From: Alkalilimnicola ehrlichii MLHE-1
GTDB lineage: Bacteria > Pseudomonadota > Gammaproteobacteria > Nitrococcales > Halorhodospiraceae
Reading direction: 5' to 3'
NCBI RefSeq assembly: GCF_000014785.1
Contig: NC_008340.1
Span: 1,560,001-1,592,000 of the forward strand
DNA: 32,000 nt
The position numbers and the translations under genes were made by a program. The notes under the pieces are model-generated. The model saw nothing but the letters and a program-made list of their open reading frames with translations, did no database searches and was not told the origin of the DNA. Shown here piece after piece: positions 8,957 to 18,388 of this stretch. Each line of letters starts with the position of its first letter. The stretch's first letter is position 1.

Positions 8957-11026
8957 TCAGCGCCACCAGTCGAGCCATTTCCGGCACTCGCGCAGGGCAT
9001 CGGCATAGAGCGTGTCGCGCTCACAATGGTCCACGCTCCACTCCCGGGACAAGCCATCGCTGGTGACATGCACGGTGGCAAGGCGGGGCCGTTCCGGCCG
9101 GCCGTGCAGGGCGGGGAAGGCGAATTGGGGACGTTGGTAGACCCGCCCCTGGGCCACATAGATCGGGTGCATACCGTGCTCGCCGGTGACACAGAGCTGC
9201 GCCCCGTCCCGCGTACGCTCGGCGTGGATCGGGTGCCCCTCCCGATTCAGCTCTTCTGCGACGGCCTGGAGCGCCGGGTAGACCGTCTCGTCCAAACAGC
9301 GGCGGACCGCCTCCTCGGCCTCATCCAGGACCTCCGCCGCCCGTTGACGGTCCTTGAACCGTTCCCGGCGCAGGAGCCAATGCTGGACCCGGCGCGGCCA
9401 GAGCTGTAACCACCGCCCCGGGGCGTGCAAGCCCGCGGCCTCGCCGGGCGGCAGCGCCCGGGCCCGGCGCTCGCGCAGGTAGCGGGATAAGCGGTCCAGC
9501 CCCGGCTCCGGCATGGTGCCAATCTCCTCGACCTGGGCGGCATCGGCTCGGAACGCGGTCCATAGGCCCCAGGCCATCAGGAGCAGGACCAGGGACAGGG
9601 GCAGGGCAGCGGTGAGCGTGGCCGTTTGCAGGGCCTGCAGGCCGCCGGCCAGCAGCAGCACCGCCGCCGCCGCGCCGGTGAGCAGGCTCCAGAAGAGTTT
9701 CAGCAGCAGCGGGGGGTTCGGATTGCCCCCGGAGGAGAGGATATTCATTACCAATGCCCCGGAGTCGGCGGAGGTCACGAAATAGCCGATGATCACCAGC
9801 GTCGCCAGCGGGACGGTCAGGGTGGCCAGTGGCATGGCCTCGAGCATGGCGAACAGGGCCTGGGCGACATCGGCCTGAACGATGCTGCCCAACTCGCCGG
9901 CCCGCATTTCCTGTTCCAGGGCCGAGACGCCGAACACCGTCATCCAGAGGAAGGTAAAGCCCGTGGGCACCAGTAGGGTACCGAGGATGAACTCGCCCAC
10001 CGTGCGCCCCCGGGATACCCGCGCAATGAACATGCCGACGAAGGGACACCAGGAGATCCACCAGGCCCAATAGAACAGGGTCCAGCTCGCCTGCCAGCCC
10101 TGGCCATGGAACACATCGGTGCGCAGGGTGAGGGCCACCAGCCCCTGCACGTAGTGGCCCACGGCCTGCAACAGGCCGTAGAGCATCATCACCGTCGGGC
10201 CCGCGGCGAACACGAACAATAGCAACAGGCTGCCGAGAAAGAGGTTGGCCCGCGAAATGATCCGGATGCCGTTGTTGAGGCCACTGAGCACGGAGAGGGT
10301 GGCAATCGCCATGATAAAGACAATCAGCAGGATCTGATTGTGGACGGAGACCGCCATGAGCCCTACGTGAGCCAGACCGGCGTTGACCTGCATCACGCCC
10401 AGACCCAGCGAGGTGGCCACGCCGAGCACGGTGCCGACCACCGCCAGGCTGTCCATGAGATCGCCGGCCGGACCGTTGATCCTATGGCCGATCAGCGGGT
10501 AGAGGGCGGCGCGCATCGACAGGGGGAGGTCGTGGCGATAGGAGAAAAAGGCGAGCGCCAGGGCCACGATGATGTAAATGGCCCAGGGGTGCAGGCCCCA
10601 GTGAAAGAAGGTCAGCCGTAGCGCCTCGTCGGCGGCGGCCGCCGTCCCGCCCTCGCCGTGGGGGGGCTCCAGGTAGTGCAGCAGCGGTTCGGCAACGCCG
10701 TAGAAGAGCAGTCCGATGCCCATGCCTGCCGAAAAGAGCATGGCGAACCAGGACAGGTAGGTGTATTCAGGCCGGGAGTCCGGCGGCCCCAGGCGCAGGC
10801 GCCGGAACCGGGGATGCAGTAGCACCGCCAGCACGAAGCCGAGCAGCAGGGCCACCACCGTGGTGTAGACCCAGCCGAAGTGCTGGATCAGCATCTGGTG
10901 CAACGATTCGAAGCCCCGGCCCAAGGGCTCGGTCCAGAGCGCGCCCCCCATCACCAGGGCCAGAACCACGGCCGCCGCCGGCAGAAAGACCCGCGGGTTC
11001 ACCGGCGCCCCCGGCGTTGCGAGCAT
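8957..11026 (-). CDS. BCCT family betaine/choline/carnitine transporter with long C-terminal cytoplasmic domain
   Basis: FSAGMGIGLLFYGVAEPLLHY, FFHWGLHPWAIYIIVALALAFFSYRHDLPLSMRAALYPLIG, YWAWWISWCPFVGMFIARVSRGRTVGEFILG, FVTSADSGALVM; about 180 aa extra C-terminus. Confidence 0.95.
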   Translation of the reverse strand: MLATPGAPVNPRVFLPAAAVVLALVMGGALWTEPLGRGFESLHQMLIQHFGWVYTTVVALLLGFVLAVLLHPRFRRLRLGPPDSRPEYTYLSWFAMLFSAGMGIGLLFYGVAEPLLHYLEPPHGEGGTAAAADEALRLTFFHWGLHPWAIYIIVALALAFFSYRHDLPLSMRAALYPLIGHRINGPAGDLMDSLAVVGTVLGVATSLGLGVMQVNAGLAHVGLMAVSVHNQILLIVFIMAIATLSVLSGLNNGIRIISRANLFLGSLLLLFVFAAGPTVMMLYGLLQAVGHYVQGLVALTLRTDVFHGQGWQASWTLFYWAWWISWCPFVGMFIARVSRGRTVGEFILGTLLVPTGFTFLWMTVFGVSALEQEMRAGELGSIVQADVAQALFAMLEAMPLATLTVPLATLVIIGYFVTSADSGALVMNILSSGGNPNPPLLLKLFWSLLTGAAAAVLLLAGGLQALQTATLTAALPLSLVLLLMAWGLWTAFRADAAQVEEIGTMPEPGLDRLSRYLRERRARALPPGEAAGLHAPGRWLQLWPRRVQHWLLRRERFKDRQRAAEVLDEAEEAVRRCLDETVYPALQAVAEELNREGHPIHAERTRDGAQLCVTGEHGMHPIYVAQGRVYQRPQFAFPALHGRPERPRLATVHVTSDGLSREWSVDHCERDTLYADALRECRKWLDWWR

Positions 11027-11136
11027 TGCCCGTGGCGGGTGGCCATTGCGGATCCCCTCTGCCGGATCGGCTGCGTCGCGGGGTCACGCGCACGCTGTGT
11101 GAGCCCCCGCGTACCGCCCAGCCCTGCTTCAGGACA

Positions 11137-12528
11137 CTATATGACCTTACTGTAGCGGGTTTTGCCGTTGTCGGCATTCAGGTAGGCGTCGAAGGCCATG
11201 GCCACGTGGCGCAGCAGCAAACGCCCTCGGGGGAGGACCTGTAACCGGTCGCTCTCGATTCGGACCAAACCATCCGACTCCATCCCCTGCAGCCGTTCCA
11301 GGGCGTCGCGGAAGTAGTCCCGGAAGTGGATCTGGTAACGCTCCTCCATCTCCCGGAAGTCCACCCGGGAGTGGCACATGATCTCAGTGATCACGTCGCG
11401 GCGCAGTTGATCGTCGGCGCTGAGCTCCACGCCCCGGAAGACCGGCAACCGGCCTTCATCCAGGCGGGCGTAGTAGGCCTCCATATCACGCAGGTTCTGA
11501 CTGTAGCTCTCGCCCACCTTGCCAATGGAGGTGACCCCCAGGCCCACCAAGTCGCACTCCGCACGGGTAGAGTAGCCCTGGAAATTGCGGTGCAGCGTCC
11601 CGGCGCGCTGGGCCTGGGCGAGCTCGTCCTCCGGCAGGGCGAAGTGGTCCATGCCGATGTAGACATAGCCGGCCTCGGTTAGCCGGCGGATGGTCAGCTC
11701 CAGGATGGCCAGCTTTTCGTCGGGCCCCGGGAGCTGCTCCTCGCGGATCTGGCGCTGGACTTTGAACAGGTGGGGTAGATGGGCGTAATTGTAGACCGCC
11801 AGGCGCTCGGGGCGCAGTTCCAGGGTCTGATCCAGGGTCCGGGAGTAGGTCTCTACGCTCTGCAGCGGCAGCCCATAAATCAGGTCGAGGTTGGTGGAAC
11901 GGAATCCGCAGCTACGCGCCTTTGCGATCACCCGGGCGGTGGTCTCGTAGGGCTGGATCCGGTTCACGGCCTTTTGCACCGCGGGATCGAAGTCCTGCAC
12001 CCCCACGCTCATGCGGTTGAAGCCCAGCTTGGCCAGCAGCTCGATCGTGGTCTCCCGCACGGCCCGCGGGTCGATCTCGATAGAGAACTCCCGTTGCGGC
12101 CCCCGCTCGAGGGTGAAATAGCGGGAGAGCATGTCCATTACCCGGATGAGATCCTCGTCACTGAGGTAGGTCGGGGTGCCGCCCCCGAAGTGCAGTTGCT
12201 CCACCCGCCGGTCGGCGTCGAACAGCTGGCTCTGCAGGGCAACCTCTTTCTCGAGGTAGTCCAGGTAGGTACCGGCGCGGGAGTAGTTACCGGTGATGAT
12301 CTTGTTGCACGCACAGTAGAAGCAGACGGTGTCGCAGAAGGGGACGTGCACGTACAGCGAAAGCGGCCGCGGGATGGGATCCTCGTTGCTGAGCGCGGCC
12401 ACCTCGGCATAGGCCTTGTCGTCGAAGCCCTCGTGGAACTGCGGAGCCGTGGGGTAAGAGGTGTACCGGGGGCCGCTGACGTCATACTTGGCCAGGATGG
12501 CCGGGTCGAATTGCAGTGTTTGGTCCAT
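11137..12528 (-). CDS. hemN: Oxygen-independent coproporphyrinogen III oxidase (radical SAM)
   Basis: RYTSYPTAPQFHEGF, YVHVPFCDTVCFYCACNKI (CxxxCxxC), HFGGGTPTYLS, GLGVTSIGKVGESYSQN. Start set at MDQTLQFDPAIL. Confidence 0.95.
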   Translation of the reverse strand: MDQTLQFDPAILAKYDVSGPRYTSYPTAPQFHEGFDDKAYAEVAALSNEDPIPRPLSLYVHVPFCDTVCFYCACNKIITGNYSRAGTYLDYLEKEVALQSQLFDADRRVEQLHFGGGTPTYLSDEDLIRVMDMLSRYFTLERGPQREFSIEIDPRAVRETTIELLAKLGFNRMSVGVQDFDPAVQKAVNRIQPYETTARVIAKARSCGFRSTNLDLIYGLPLQSVETYSRTLDQTLELRPERLAVYNYAHLPHLFKVQRQIREEQLPGPDEKLAILELTIRRLTEAGYVYIGMDHFALPEDELAQAQRAGTLHRNFQGYSTRAECDLVGLGVTSIGKVGESYSQNLRDMEAYYARLDEGRLPVFRGVELSADDQLRRDVITEIMCHSRVDFREMEERYQIHFRDYFRDALERLQGMESDGLVRIESDRLQVLPRGRLLLRHVAMAFDAYLNADNGKTRYSKVI

Positions 12529-12614
12529 GACAAATCGCACAATGCCGAGATTGGGGATGTGTGGCACGGGCACGTCCGATCCGGTGGCCGGGCCAGTGCT
12601 AGTAAATTAGGCTC

Positions 12615-12656
12615 AAAATAAGCGACCGGTCATGGGCTTGTCTTGATTCAGGTCAT
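12615..12656 (-). promoter_or_regulatory. Putative ANR/FNR-dependent class II promoter of hemN
   Basis: TTGATtcagGTCAT at 12643-12656 matches ANR-type TTGATN4GTCAA at 9/10 positions. A -10-like TATTTT on the minus strand at 12620-12615 puts +1 near 12608, so the box centre is at about -41.5. Confidence 0.6.
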
Positions 12657-12678
12657 GAGACGGCCCGAAAACGAAAGT

Positions 12679-12708
12679 CGGCAGGTATGCCAGGGGGCAT
12701 ACCTGCCG
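12679..12708 (-). terminator. Intrinsic terminator-like hairpin downstream of fabB
   Basis: CGGCAGGTATGCC-4 nt-GGCATACCTGCCG, 13 bp perfect stem, followed on the minus strand by ACTTTCGTTTTC; lies 37 nt beyond the fabB stop. Confidence 0.7.
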
Positions 12709-12744
12709 TCGATCAAGATCCACCACCCCACGGGGTGGCGGCGC

Positions 12745-13962
12745 TCAGCCGTCGTACCGGCGGAAGACCAACGTGGAGTTGGTGCCGCCGAAGCCGAAGC
12801 TGTTGGACATGACCGTGTTCAGCTCAACGCCTTCGCGCGGCTCGGTAACGATCGGCATGCCTTCGGCCTCCGGGTCCATGGTCTCGATGTTGATGGAGGG
12901 GGCAATGAAGCCCTCCTCGAGCATCGCCAGCGAGTAGATGGCCTCCTGCACTCCGGCCGCCCCAAGCGAGTGGCCGGTCAGCGACTTGGTGGCACTCACC
13001 GGGGGCACCTGCTCGCCGAAGACCTCACGCATGGCCTTGAGTTCGGCCAGGTCCCCCACCGGGGTGCTGGTGCCGTGGGCATTGACGTAATCCACCGGCC
13101 CCTCCACCGTCTCCAGGGCTTGGCGCATGCACCGGGCCGCCCCCTCGCCGGAGGGCGCCACCATGTCGTGGCCATCGGAGGTGGCGCCGTAACCGACCAG
13201 CTCGGCATAGATCTTTGCGCCGCGTGCCAGGGCGTGGTCCAGCGCCTCAATGACCAGCATGCCGCCGCCGCCGGCGATCACAAAGCCGTCGCGGTCGGCA
13301 TCGTAGGTTCGCGAGGCCTTCTCCGGCGTCTCGTTGTACTTGGTGGACAGCGCCCCCATGCCGTCGAAGAGCATGCTCAGCGACCAGTGCTCCTCCTCGC
13401 CACCGCCGGCAAAGATCAGATCCTGCTTGCCCAGCTGGATCTGCTCCATCGCCGAGCCGATGCAATGGGCACTGGTGGCGCAGGCGGAGGTGATGGAGTA
13501 GTTCAGGCCCTTGATCCGGAAAGGCGTGGCCAGGCAGGCGGAGACGGTGCTGCCCATGGTGCGGGTGACCCCATAAGGCCCGATCTTGCGCACGCCCCGG
13601 TTTTTCAGGGTTTCTGCCGCCTGCACCACATTGGCGGTGGAGGCTCCGCCGGAGCCGGCAATGAGCCCCACCCGGGGGTTTGATATCTCATCGGCGCTCA
13701 GGCCAGCGTCGCGCATGGCCTGCTCCATGGCGATGTAGGAAAAGGCGGCCGCATCACCCATGAACCGCAGGGATTTACGCGGAATGTGATCGGAAAGATC
13801 GATGTCCACGGACCCCGCGACCTGGCTGCGCAGGCCCACCTCTTCATATTCGGGTTTATACTTGATGCCCGACCGACCGGCCCGCAGGGCCTCGGTGACC
13901 GTCTCCCGGTCGTTGCCGATGCAGGAGACGACTCCCATTCCAGTGACGACTACTCGACGCAC
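12745..13962 (-). CDS. fabB: Beta-ketoacyl-ACP synthase I
   Basis: [18 protein letters not shown], active-site [53 protein letters not shown]; paired with fabA. Confidence 0.96.
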   Translation of the reverse strand: MRRVVVTGMGVVSCIGNDRETVTEALRAGRSGIKYKPEYEEVGLRSQVAGSVDIDLSDHIPRKSLRFMGDAAAFSYIAMEQAMRDAGLSADEISNPRVGLIAGSGGASTANVVQAAETLKNRGVRKIGPYGVTRTMGSTVSACLATPFRIKGLNYSITSACATSAHCIGSAMEQIQLGKQDLIFAGGGEEEHWSLSMLFDGMGALSTKYNETPEKASRTYDADRDGFVIAGGGGMLVIEALDHALARGAKIYAELVGYGATSDGHDMVAPSGEGAARCMRQALETVEGPVDYVNAHGTSTPVGDLAELKAMREVFGEQVPPVSATKSLTGHSLGAAGVQEAIYSLAMLEEGFIAPSINIETMDPEAEGMPIVTEPREGVELNTVMSNSFGFGGTNSTLVFRRYDG

Positions 13963-14016
13963 GGTAGACTCCTCGAACTGAATCAGTGGTGATTGAAATC
14001 GAAAACCGGCGGCGGG

Positions 14017-14547
14017 TTACCCCTGGCTTCTGCTGAGGTCACCCGGATCCTGGAAAAGCCCCACCTTCAGGTCCTTCGCCGTGTAGATCTGCTCGCCGTC
14101 CACGGACACCCAGCCATCGGCGATGCCCATCACCAGCCGACGGTTGATCACCCGTTTAAATGCGATCTCGTAAGTCACCTTTTTATGCTCGGGCAGGATC
14201 TGCCCAGAGAACTTAACCTCGCCGCAGCCCAGCGCCCGGCCCTTACCGGAGCCGCCGATCCAGCCCAGGTAGAAGCCCACCAGTTGCCAGAGGGCATCCA
14301 GACCCAGGCATCCGGGCATGACGGGATCGCCGGGGAAGTGGCAGCGGAAGAACCAGAGATCCGGGTCGAGGTCCAACTCCGCGATCACTTGCCCCTTATC
14401 ATACGCCCCGCCTTCCTCACTCATTTGGGTGATGCGATGAAACATCAGCATCTGCGGGGCGGGCAGCTGTGGGTTGCCGGGGCCAAAAAGCCTCCCGTGG
14501 CCACTCAACAGCAGTTCATCGAAATTATAGCTTTCTTGCCTCGTCAT
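14017..14547 (-). CDS. fabA: 3-hydroxydecanoyl-ACP dehydratase/isomerase
   Basis: [67 protein letters not shown]. Confidence 0.97.
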   Translation of the reverse strand: MTRQESYNFDELLLSGHGRLFGPGNPQLPAPQMLMFHRITQMSEEGGAYDKGQVIAELDLDPDLWFFRCHFPGDPVMPGCLGLDALWQLVGFYLGWIGGSGKGRALGCGEVKFSGQILPEHKKVTYEIAFKRVINRRLVMGIADGWVSVDGEQIYTAKDLKVGLFQDPGDLSRSQG

Positions 14548-14622
14548 TCTCCCTACCTGTGGTCATGTGGCGGCTGGGTGCATATCGTACGTCATCGGGC
14601 AAGAAAGCCATACTACACGTAC

Positions 14623-14658
14623 AAAAAAACCGTGTCCCCCCCTGAGGGGGGAACACGG
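14623..14658 (-). terminator. Rho-independent terminator of the DUF4168-like gene
   Basis: Plus-strand AAAAAAA-CCGTGTCCCCCCC-TGA-GGGGGGAACACGG; read on the minus strand it is a GC-rich hairpin (6 bp + mismatch + 6 bp) followed by TTTTTTT, 25 nt after the gene's stop. Confidence 0.88.
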
Positions 14659-14683
14659 CTGGCCGCTCGGCGGCGGGTGGTTA

Positions 14684-15190
14684 TCAGCGGCGTTCCTGGA
14701 TCATGGCCGCCAGTTCATCCCGCAGCTCCGGGTCGGTGTCGAGCGCGGTGGCGATCTCGGAATACTCCGGTACGCTCAGGCCGCGGTTCTCGATCGCTTC
14801 GACCATCTCATCGTTGGCCTGCTGTTGCAGGTCCCGGGCCTGGTCTGGGTCCTCGGTGCCCTCCAGGCGTTGCGTGTAGTCCTCCTGGATCTCCGTAATG
14901 TCGATGTAGGCATCGGCGAACTGTTCCAGGCTCTGGTCATCGAAGTCGTGCTGGGGGGCACCTGCGCCCATGCCAGGCTGCTCCTGCATGCCGCCTTGCT
15001 GCTGCTGATCCATGCCGCCCTGGCGCTGCTGATCCATCCCGCCCTGTTGCTGTTGCTGCTGCTCCATCCCTTGCTGCCGGTCCATGCCTTGGGGATCGTC
15101 CTGCATGCCGGTTTGGCCGATGGCCATGCCGGAGGCGAGCAGCAGGGAGGAGAAGAGGGTCAACGTCGGTGCGAGCTTACGAATCGTCAT
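14684..15190 (-). CDS. DUF4168-like secreted protein with Met/Gln/Gly-rich linker
   Basis: Signal peptide MTIRKLAPTLTLFSSLLLASGMAIGQ; linker GMDRQQGMEQQQQQQGGMDQQRQGGMDQQQQGGMQEQ; C-terminal LEQFADAYIDITEIQEDYTQRLEGTEDPDQARDLQQQANDEMVEAIENRGLSVPEYSEIATALDTDPELRDEL resembles DUF4168. Confidence 0.75.
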   Translation of the reverse strand: MTIRKLAPTLTLFSSLLLASGMAIGQTGMQDDPQGMDRQQGMEQQQQQQGGMDQQRQGGMDQQQQGGMQEQPGMGAGAPQHDFDDQSLEQFADAYIDITEIQEDYTQRLEGTEDPDQARDLQQQANDEMVEAIENRGLSVPEYSEIATALDTDPELRDELAAMIQERR

Positions 15191-15403
15191 GTGGGCCTCC
15201 TGAGGCTTGCGATTGACAATGAATTCGGCCTGAGTTTTGCAAGCTTCCTGCCAACCAGGTGATGAAAACGGAACGGGAGGGTAAGTGACTGAACATAAAG
15301 GGACGCGTTTTCAGGGTCTCGTCGGGGCGCCGCCCTGGCGGCTAGGAACCCAGAACGGGGAGGGTGTGTCGTATAGGCACATGTGTCAGAAAGGACAGCA
15401 CCC

Positions 15404-16903
15404 ATGACGCTGACCCGGTTCGTCAGACGGGCCTACAGCTTGCGACTGGCGCTCATCCTCCAGGTTCTGGTGCCCCTGGCGCTCCTGCTGGCGGCTGCCA
15501 CCTGGGTGGGCATGAAGGCATTGGAGTCGAGCCTGGAGGAACGCTTGGAGGAGGACGTCCAGCTGATCGCACGGGCAATACGGCTGCCGGTGAGTCATAG
15601 CCTCGAGCGGGAGGAGGAGGAAGCCGTGCGCCAGGCGCTGGAATCGGTCTTCACCATCGGCCGTGTCTATGGGGCCTACGTCTATGACCGACGAGGTGAG
15701 CAGGTGGCGGCGGTCGGCGCCGTGAAGCCCTCAGCGGCCGAACGCAATCGGCTTCAGGCCCTGGCCGAGGAGGGGCGGGATACCGGGGAGTACGAGTTGA
15801 TTGAGGGCCGCCAGGTTTACTCCTACTTCATCCCCCTGGTGGATACCGGCGGCCGAATCAGCGGGCTGCTGCAGGTCACGCGGCGGCAGAGCGACTTTGC
15901 CGATTACGTCAGTGGCATCCAGCGCCAGGCCGGTCTGGCCGCACTACTGACCACCCTGATCATCGGCGCCCTGGTGCTCGTGGGGCACCGTACCGCCATA
16001 GGGCGCCATATGGCGCAGCTCAGCCACAGCATGGCGCAAGTGGAGGCCGGCAATCGAGGCCACCGGGCCCGGGAGCAGGGCCCCCGGGAACTGCGCCAAC
16101 TCTCCGGGGCTTACAATCAAATGCTCGACAGCATCCAAAGAGCCGAACAGGAATTGCTGGAGCGGCAACGGCGGGAGGCGGAGCTTGAGCGGGCGCTGGC
16201 AAGCTCGAAGCGGCTGGCAGCGCTGGGGCGGTTATCAGCCGGTGTGGCCCACGAGCTGGGCACGCCCCTGAGTGTGATCGACGGTCAGAGCCAGCGCGGT
16301 TTGCGGGATCCTGATCTATCGCCGCCAGCGTCCAAGGCCTTCCGCCGCATTCGCAGCGAAGTGGATCGCATGAGTCAAATCGTGCAGCAGCTCCTGGACT
16401 TTGGCCGGCCATCGAACGGCGAGTGGCGGATGCTGACCGTGCGCGATCTGGTCCAACGCGTCGCGCACACCCAGATGGAGTCGGATCGGGCGCGCGGGGC
16501 CCGCATCGATTGGGTCCCGCCGGCCGAGGACGGGTTGATGGTCCGCGGGCACCCGATGCGCCTGGAGCAGGCCCTGACCAACTTGGTTCAGAACGCGATT
16601 CACGCGGCCAATGGGGGCTGCGTGCGCATCCGTTGGGGGCGGGTCGGAGACCGGGTGGCCCTGTGGGTCGAGGACGACGGGCCGGGCGTACCCGAGGGGG
16701 ATCGGGCGCGGCTGTTCGAGCCTTTTTTCACCACCAAGCCGGTTGGCGAGGGGACGGGGCTGGGTTTGGCGGTGGTCCATGGTATTGCACAGGAGCACGG
16801 TGGCGACGTGAGGCTGCTCCCCGACAGTGAGCTGGGAGGGGCCTGTTTCCGTCTGTCCCTGCCAGCGGCAGATGAGCAACAGAAGGATGAAGGGTCATCA
16901 TGA
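15404..16903 (+). CDS. Membrane sensor histidine kinase
   Basis: N-terminal TM, periplasmic segment, second TM (LAALLTTLIIGALVLVGHR), HAMP-like region, H-box LSAGVAHELGTPLSVIDG, N-box NLVQNAIHAA, G boxes VEDDGPGVPEGD and FTTKPVGEGTGLGLAVVHGIAQEHGG. Confidence 0.93.
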   Translation: MTLTRFVRRAYSLRLALILQVLVPLALLLAAATWVGMKALESSLEERLEEDVQLIARAIRLPVSHSLEREEEEAVRQALESVFTIGRVYGAYVYDRRGEQVAAVGAVKPSAAERNRLQALAEEGRDTGEYELIEGRQVYSYFIPLVDTGGRISGLLQVTRRQSDFADYVSGIQRQAGLAALLTTLIIGALVLVGHRTAIGRHMAQLSHSMAQVEAGNRGHRAREQGPRELRQLSGAYNQMLDSIQRAEQELLERQRREAELERALASSKRLAALGRLSAGVAHELGTPLSVIDGQSQRGLRDPDLSPPASKAFRRIRSEVDRMSQIVQQLLDFGRPSNGEWRMLTVRDLVQRVAHTQMESDRARGARIDWVPPAEDGLMVRGHPMRLEQALTNLVQNAIHAANGGCVRIRWGRVGDRVALWVEDDGPGVPEGDRARLFEPFFTTKPVGEGTGLGLAVVHGIAQEHGGDVRLLPDSELGGACFRLSLPAADEQQKDEGSS

Positions 16904-18321
16904 GTCGAACGGATATTGCCTCCCAGAGGATCCTGTTAGTCGAGGATGACCAGGGGCTTCGGGATCTGCTGCACGAGGAGTTCGAAGACAGCGGGGCGCA
17001 GGTGCAGGCGGTCGCCGCCGCTGAGCAGGCCGCACCCCTGCTGCTTGCTTGGGAACCGGATCTGGTGGTCAGCGACCTGCGCCTGCCCGGTGCGGATGGC
17101 ATGGCACTGCTGGCTCAGGCACGCGAGCTGCACGTGCCGCCGGCGTTCCTGATCATTACCGCGTTTGGCAGCATCGACCAGGCGGTGGAGGCGCTAAAGG
17201 CGGGGGCCGACGAGTTTCTCACCAAACCCCTCGACCTGGAGCACCTGATGCTCTGTGTCAACCGACTCCTGGACACCCGGCGGCTACGGGGCGAAGTGCA
17301 GCGCTTCCGGAAGCTTCTGGATGAGCCGGAGTTCCACGGCATGGTTGGGAACAGTCGCGCAATGCGGGTGCTCTGTGACCAGATCAAGCGGCTGGCCCGG
17401 GGCACGGGACCGGTGCTCATCCTGGGCGAGAGCGGCTCCGGCAAGGAATTGGTCGCGCGGGCGATCCATCAGGAGAGCGAGCGCGCAGCCGCCCCCTTCC
17501 AGGCCGTAAACTGTGCGGGTATCCCCTCGGAGTTGCTCGAGAGCGAGTTCTTCGGCCACGAGGCCGGTGCCTTCACCGGTGCCCAGCGGGCACACAAGGG
17601 GCTGTTCCGACAGGCGGACGGCGGCACCCTGTTCCTGGATGAGATCGGCGAGATGCCCCTGGCGTTGCAGGCCAAGCTCCTCCGGGTGCTGCAGGATGGG
17701 GTGATCCGGCCGGTTGGGGGGCAAAGGGACTATGCGGTGGACGTGCGGGTGGTCTGCGCCACCCACCGGGATATCGAGGAGCGGGTGGCGGAGGGCAGCT
17801 TCCGCGAGGACCTCTTTTACCGCCTGGAGACCTTTACCCTTCAAGTGCCCCCGTTGCGCGACCGTGAAGGCGATGCGGAGTTGTTGGCCATGCGCTTTCT
17901 CAGCCGCTTCGCTGCCCGTTTGGGGCGCGAGGAGATCACCGGTTTCAGCGGCGAGGCGCTCCAGCGACTGCGCGCCTACGATTATCCGGGCAACATCCGG
18001 GAGCTGGAAAACGCCGTGGAGCGTGCCGTCACCTTCTGCGACGGCAGTGAAATCCGCACCGAGCACCTGCCCGCCCGGATGCGGGCGGCGGGGCCCGCCG
18101 GCGTGCGGACCGGCGAGGGTGATGGCGCGCCGGGCGTCACCGGGGAGCACATCCTGCAGCAACTGGTTTCAGGAGGACCGGTCCTGCCCACGCTGCAGGA
18201 GTTGGAGCGCCGGTACATCGACTACGTCCTGGCGCAGGTGGATGGCAATAAACGGCGTGCCGCGGCCATCCTGGACATCGGTCGCCGCACCCTGTACCGG
18301 CGGCTGGAGACCGGGGATTAA
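16900..18321 (+). CDS. Sigma-54 dependent response regulator (NtrC family: REC-AAA+-HTH)
   Basis: REC ILLVEDDQGLRDLL...DLVVSDLRLPGADG, AAA+ LGESGSGKELVARAIH and intact GAFTGA loop, HTH KRRAAAILDIGRRTLYRRLE; overlaps the kinase stop by 4 nt. Confidence 0.95.
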   Translation: MSRTDIASQRILLVEDDQGLRDLLHEEFEDSGAQVQAVAAAEQAAPLLLAWEPDLVVSDLRLPGADGMALLAQARELHVPPAFLIITAFGSIDQAVEALKAGADEFLTKPLDLEHLMLCVNRLLDTRRLRGEVQRFRKLLDEPEFHGMVGNSRAMRVLCDQIKRLARGTGPVLILGESGSGKELVARAIHQESERAAAPFQAVNCAGIPSELLESEFFGHEAGAFTGAQRAHKGLFRQADGGTLFLDEIGEMPLALQAKLLRVLQDGVIRPVGGQRDYAVDVRVVCATHRDIEERVAEGSFREDLFYRLETFTLQVPPLRDREGDAELLAMRFLSRFAARLGREEITGFSGEALQRLRAYDYPGNIRELENAVERAVTFCDGSEIRTEHLPARMRAAGPAGVRTGEGDGAPGVTGEHILQQLVSGGPVLPTLQELERRYIDYVLAQVDGNKRRAAAILDIGRRTLYRRLETGD

Positions 18322-18388
18322 AGCCGTTTGCAGTGTTTCGCACCGGGTGTATGCTCGGCGTAAGGCGCTGGCTCATCGGGGAGAGGGA

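Noticed and set aside
12562-12580. Possible sigma-54 site TGGCACGGGCACGTCC upstream of hemN
   Set aside because: TGGCAC half present but the required GC/TTGC element at the right spacing is missing.
12643-13683. 346-aa plus-strand ORF antisense to fabB
   Set aside because: Shadow of the fabB reading frame, low-complexity translation, and it starts inside the hemN regulatory region.
17714-18388. N-terminal extension of the slt ORF overlapping the response regulator
   Set aside because: Out-of-frame read of the regulator AAA+ domain. The real slt start has a signal peptide at 18389.
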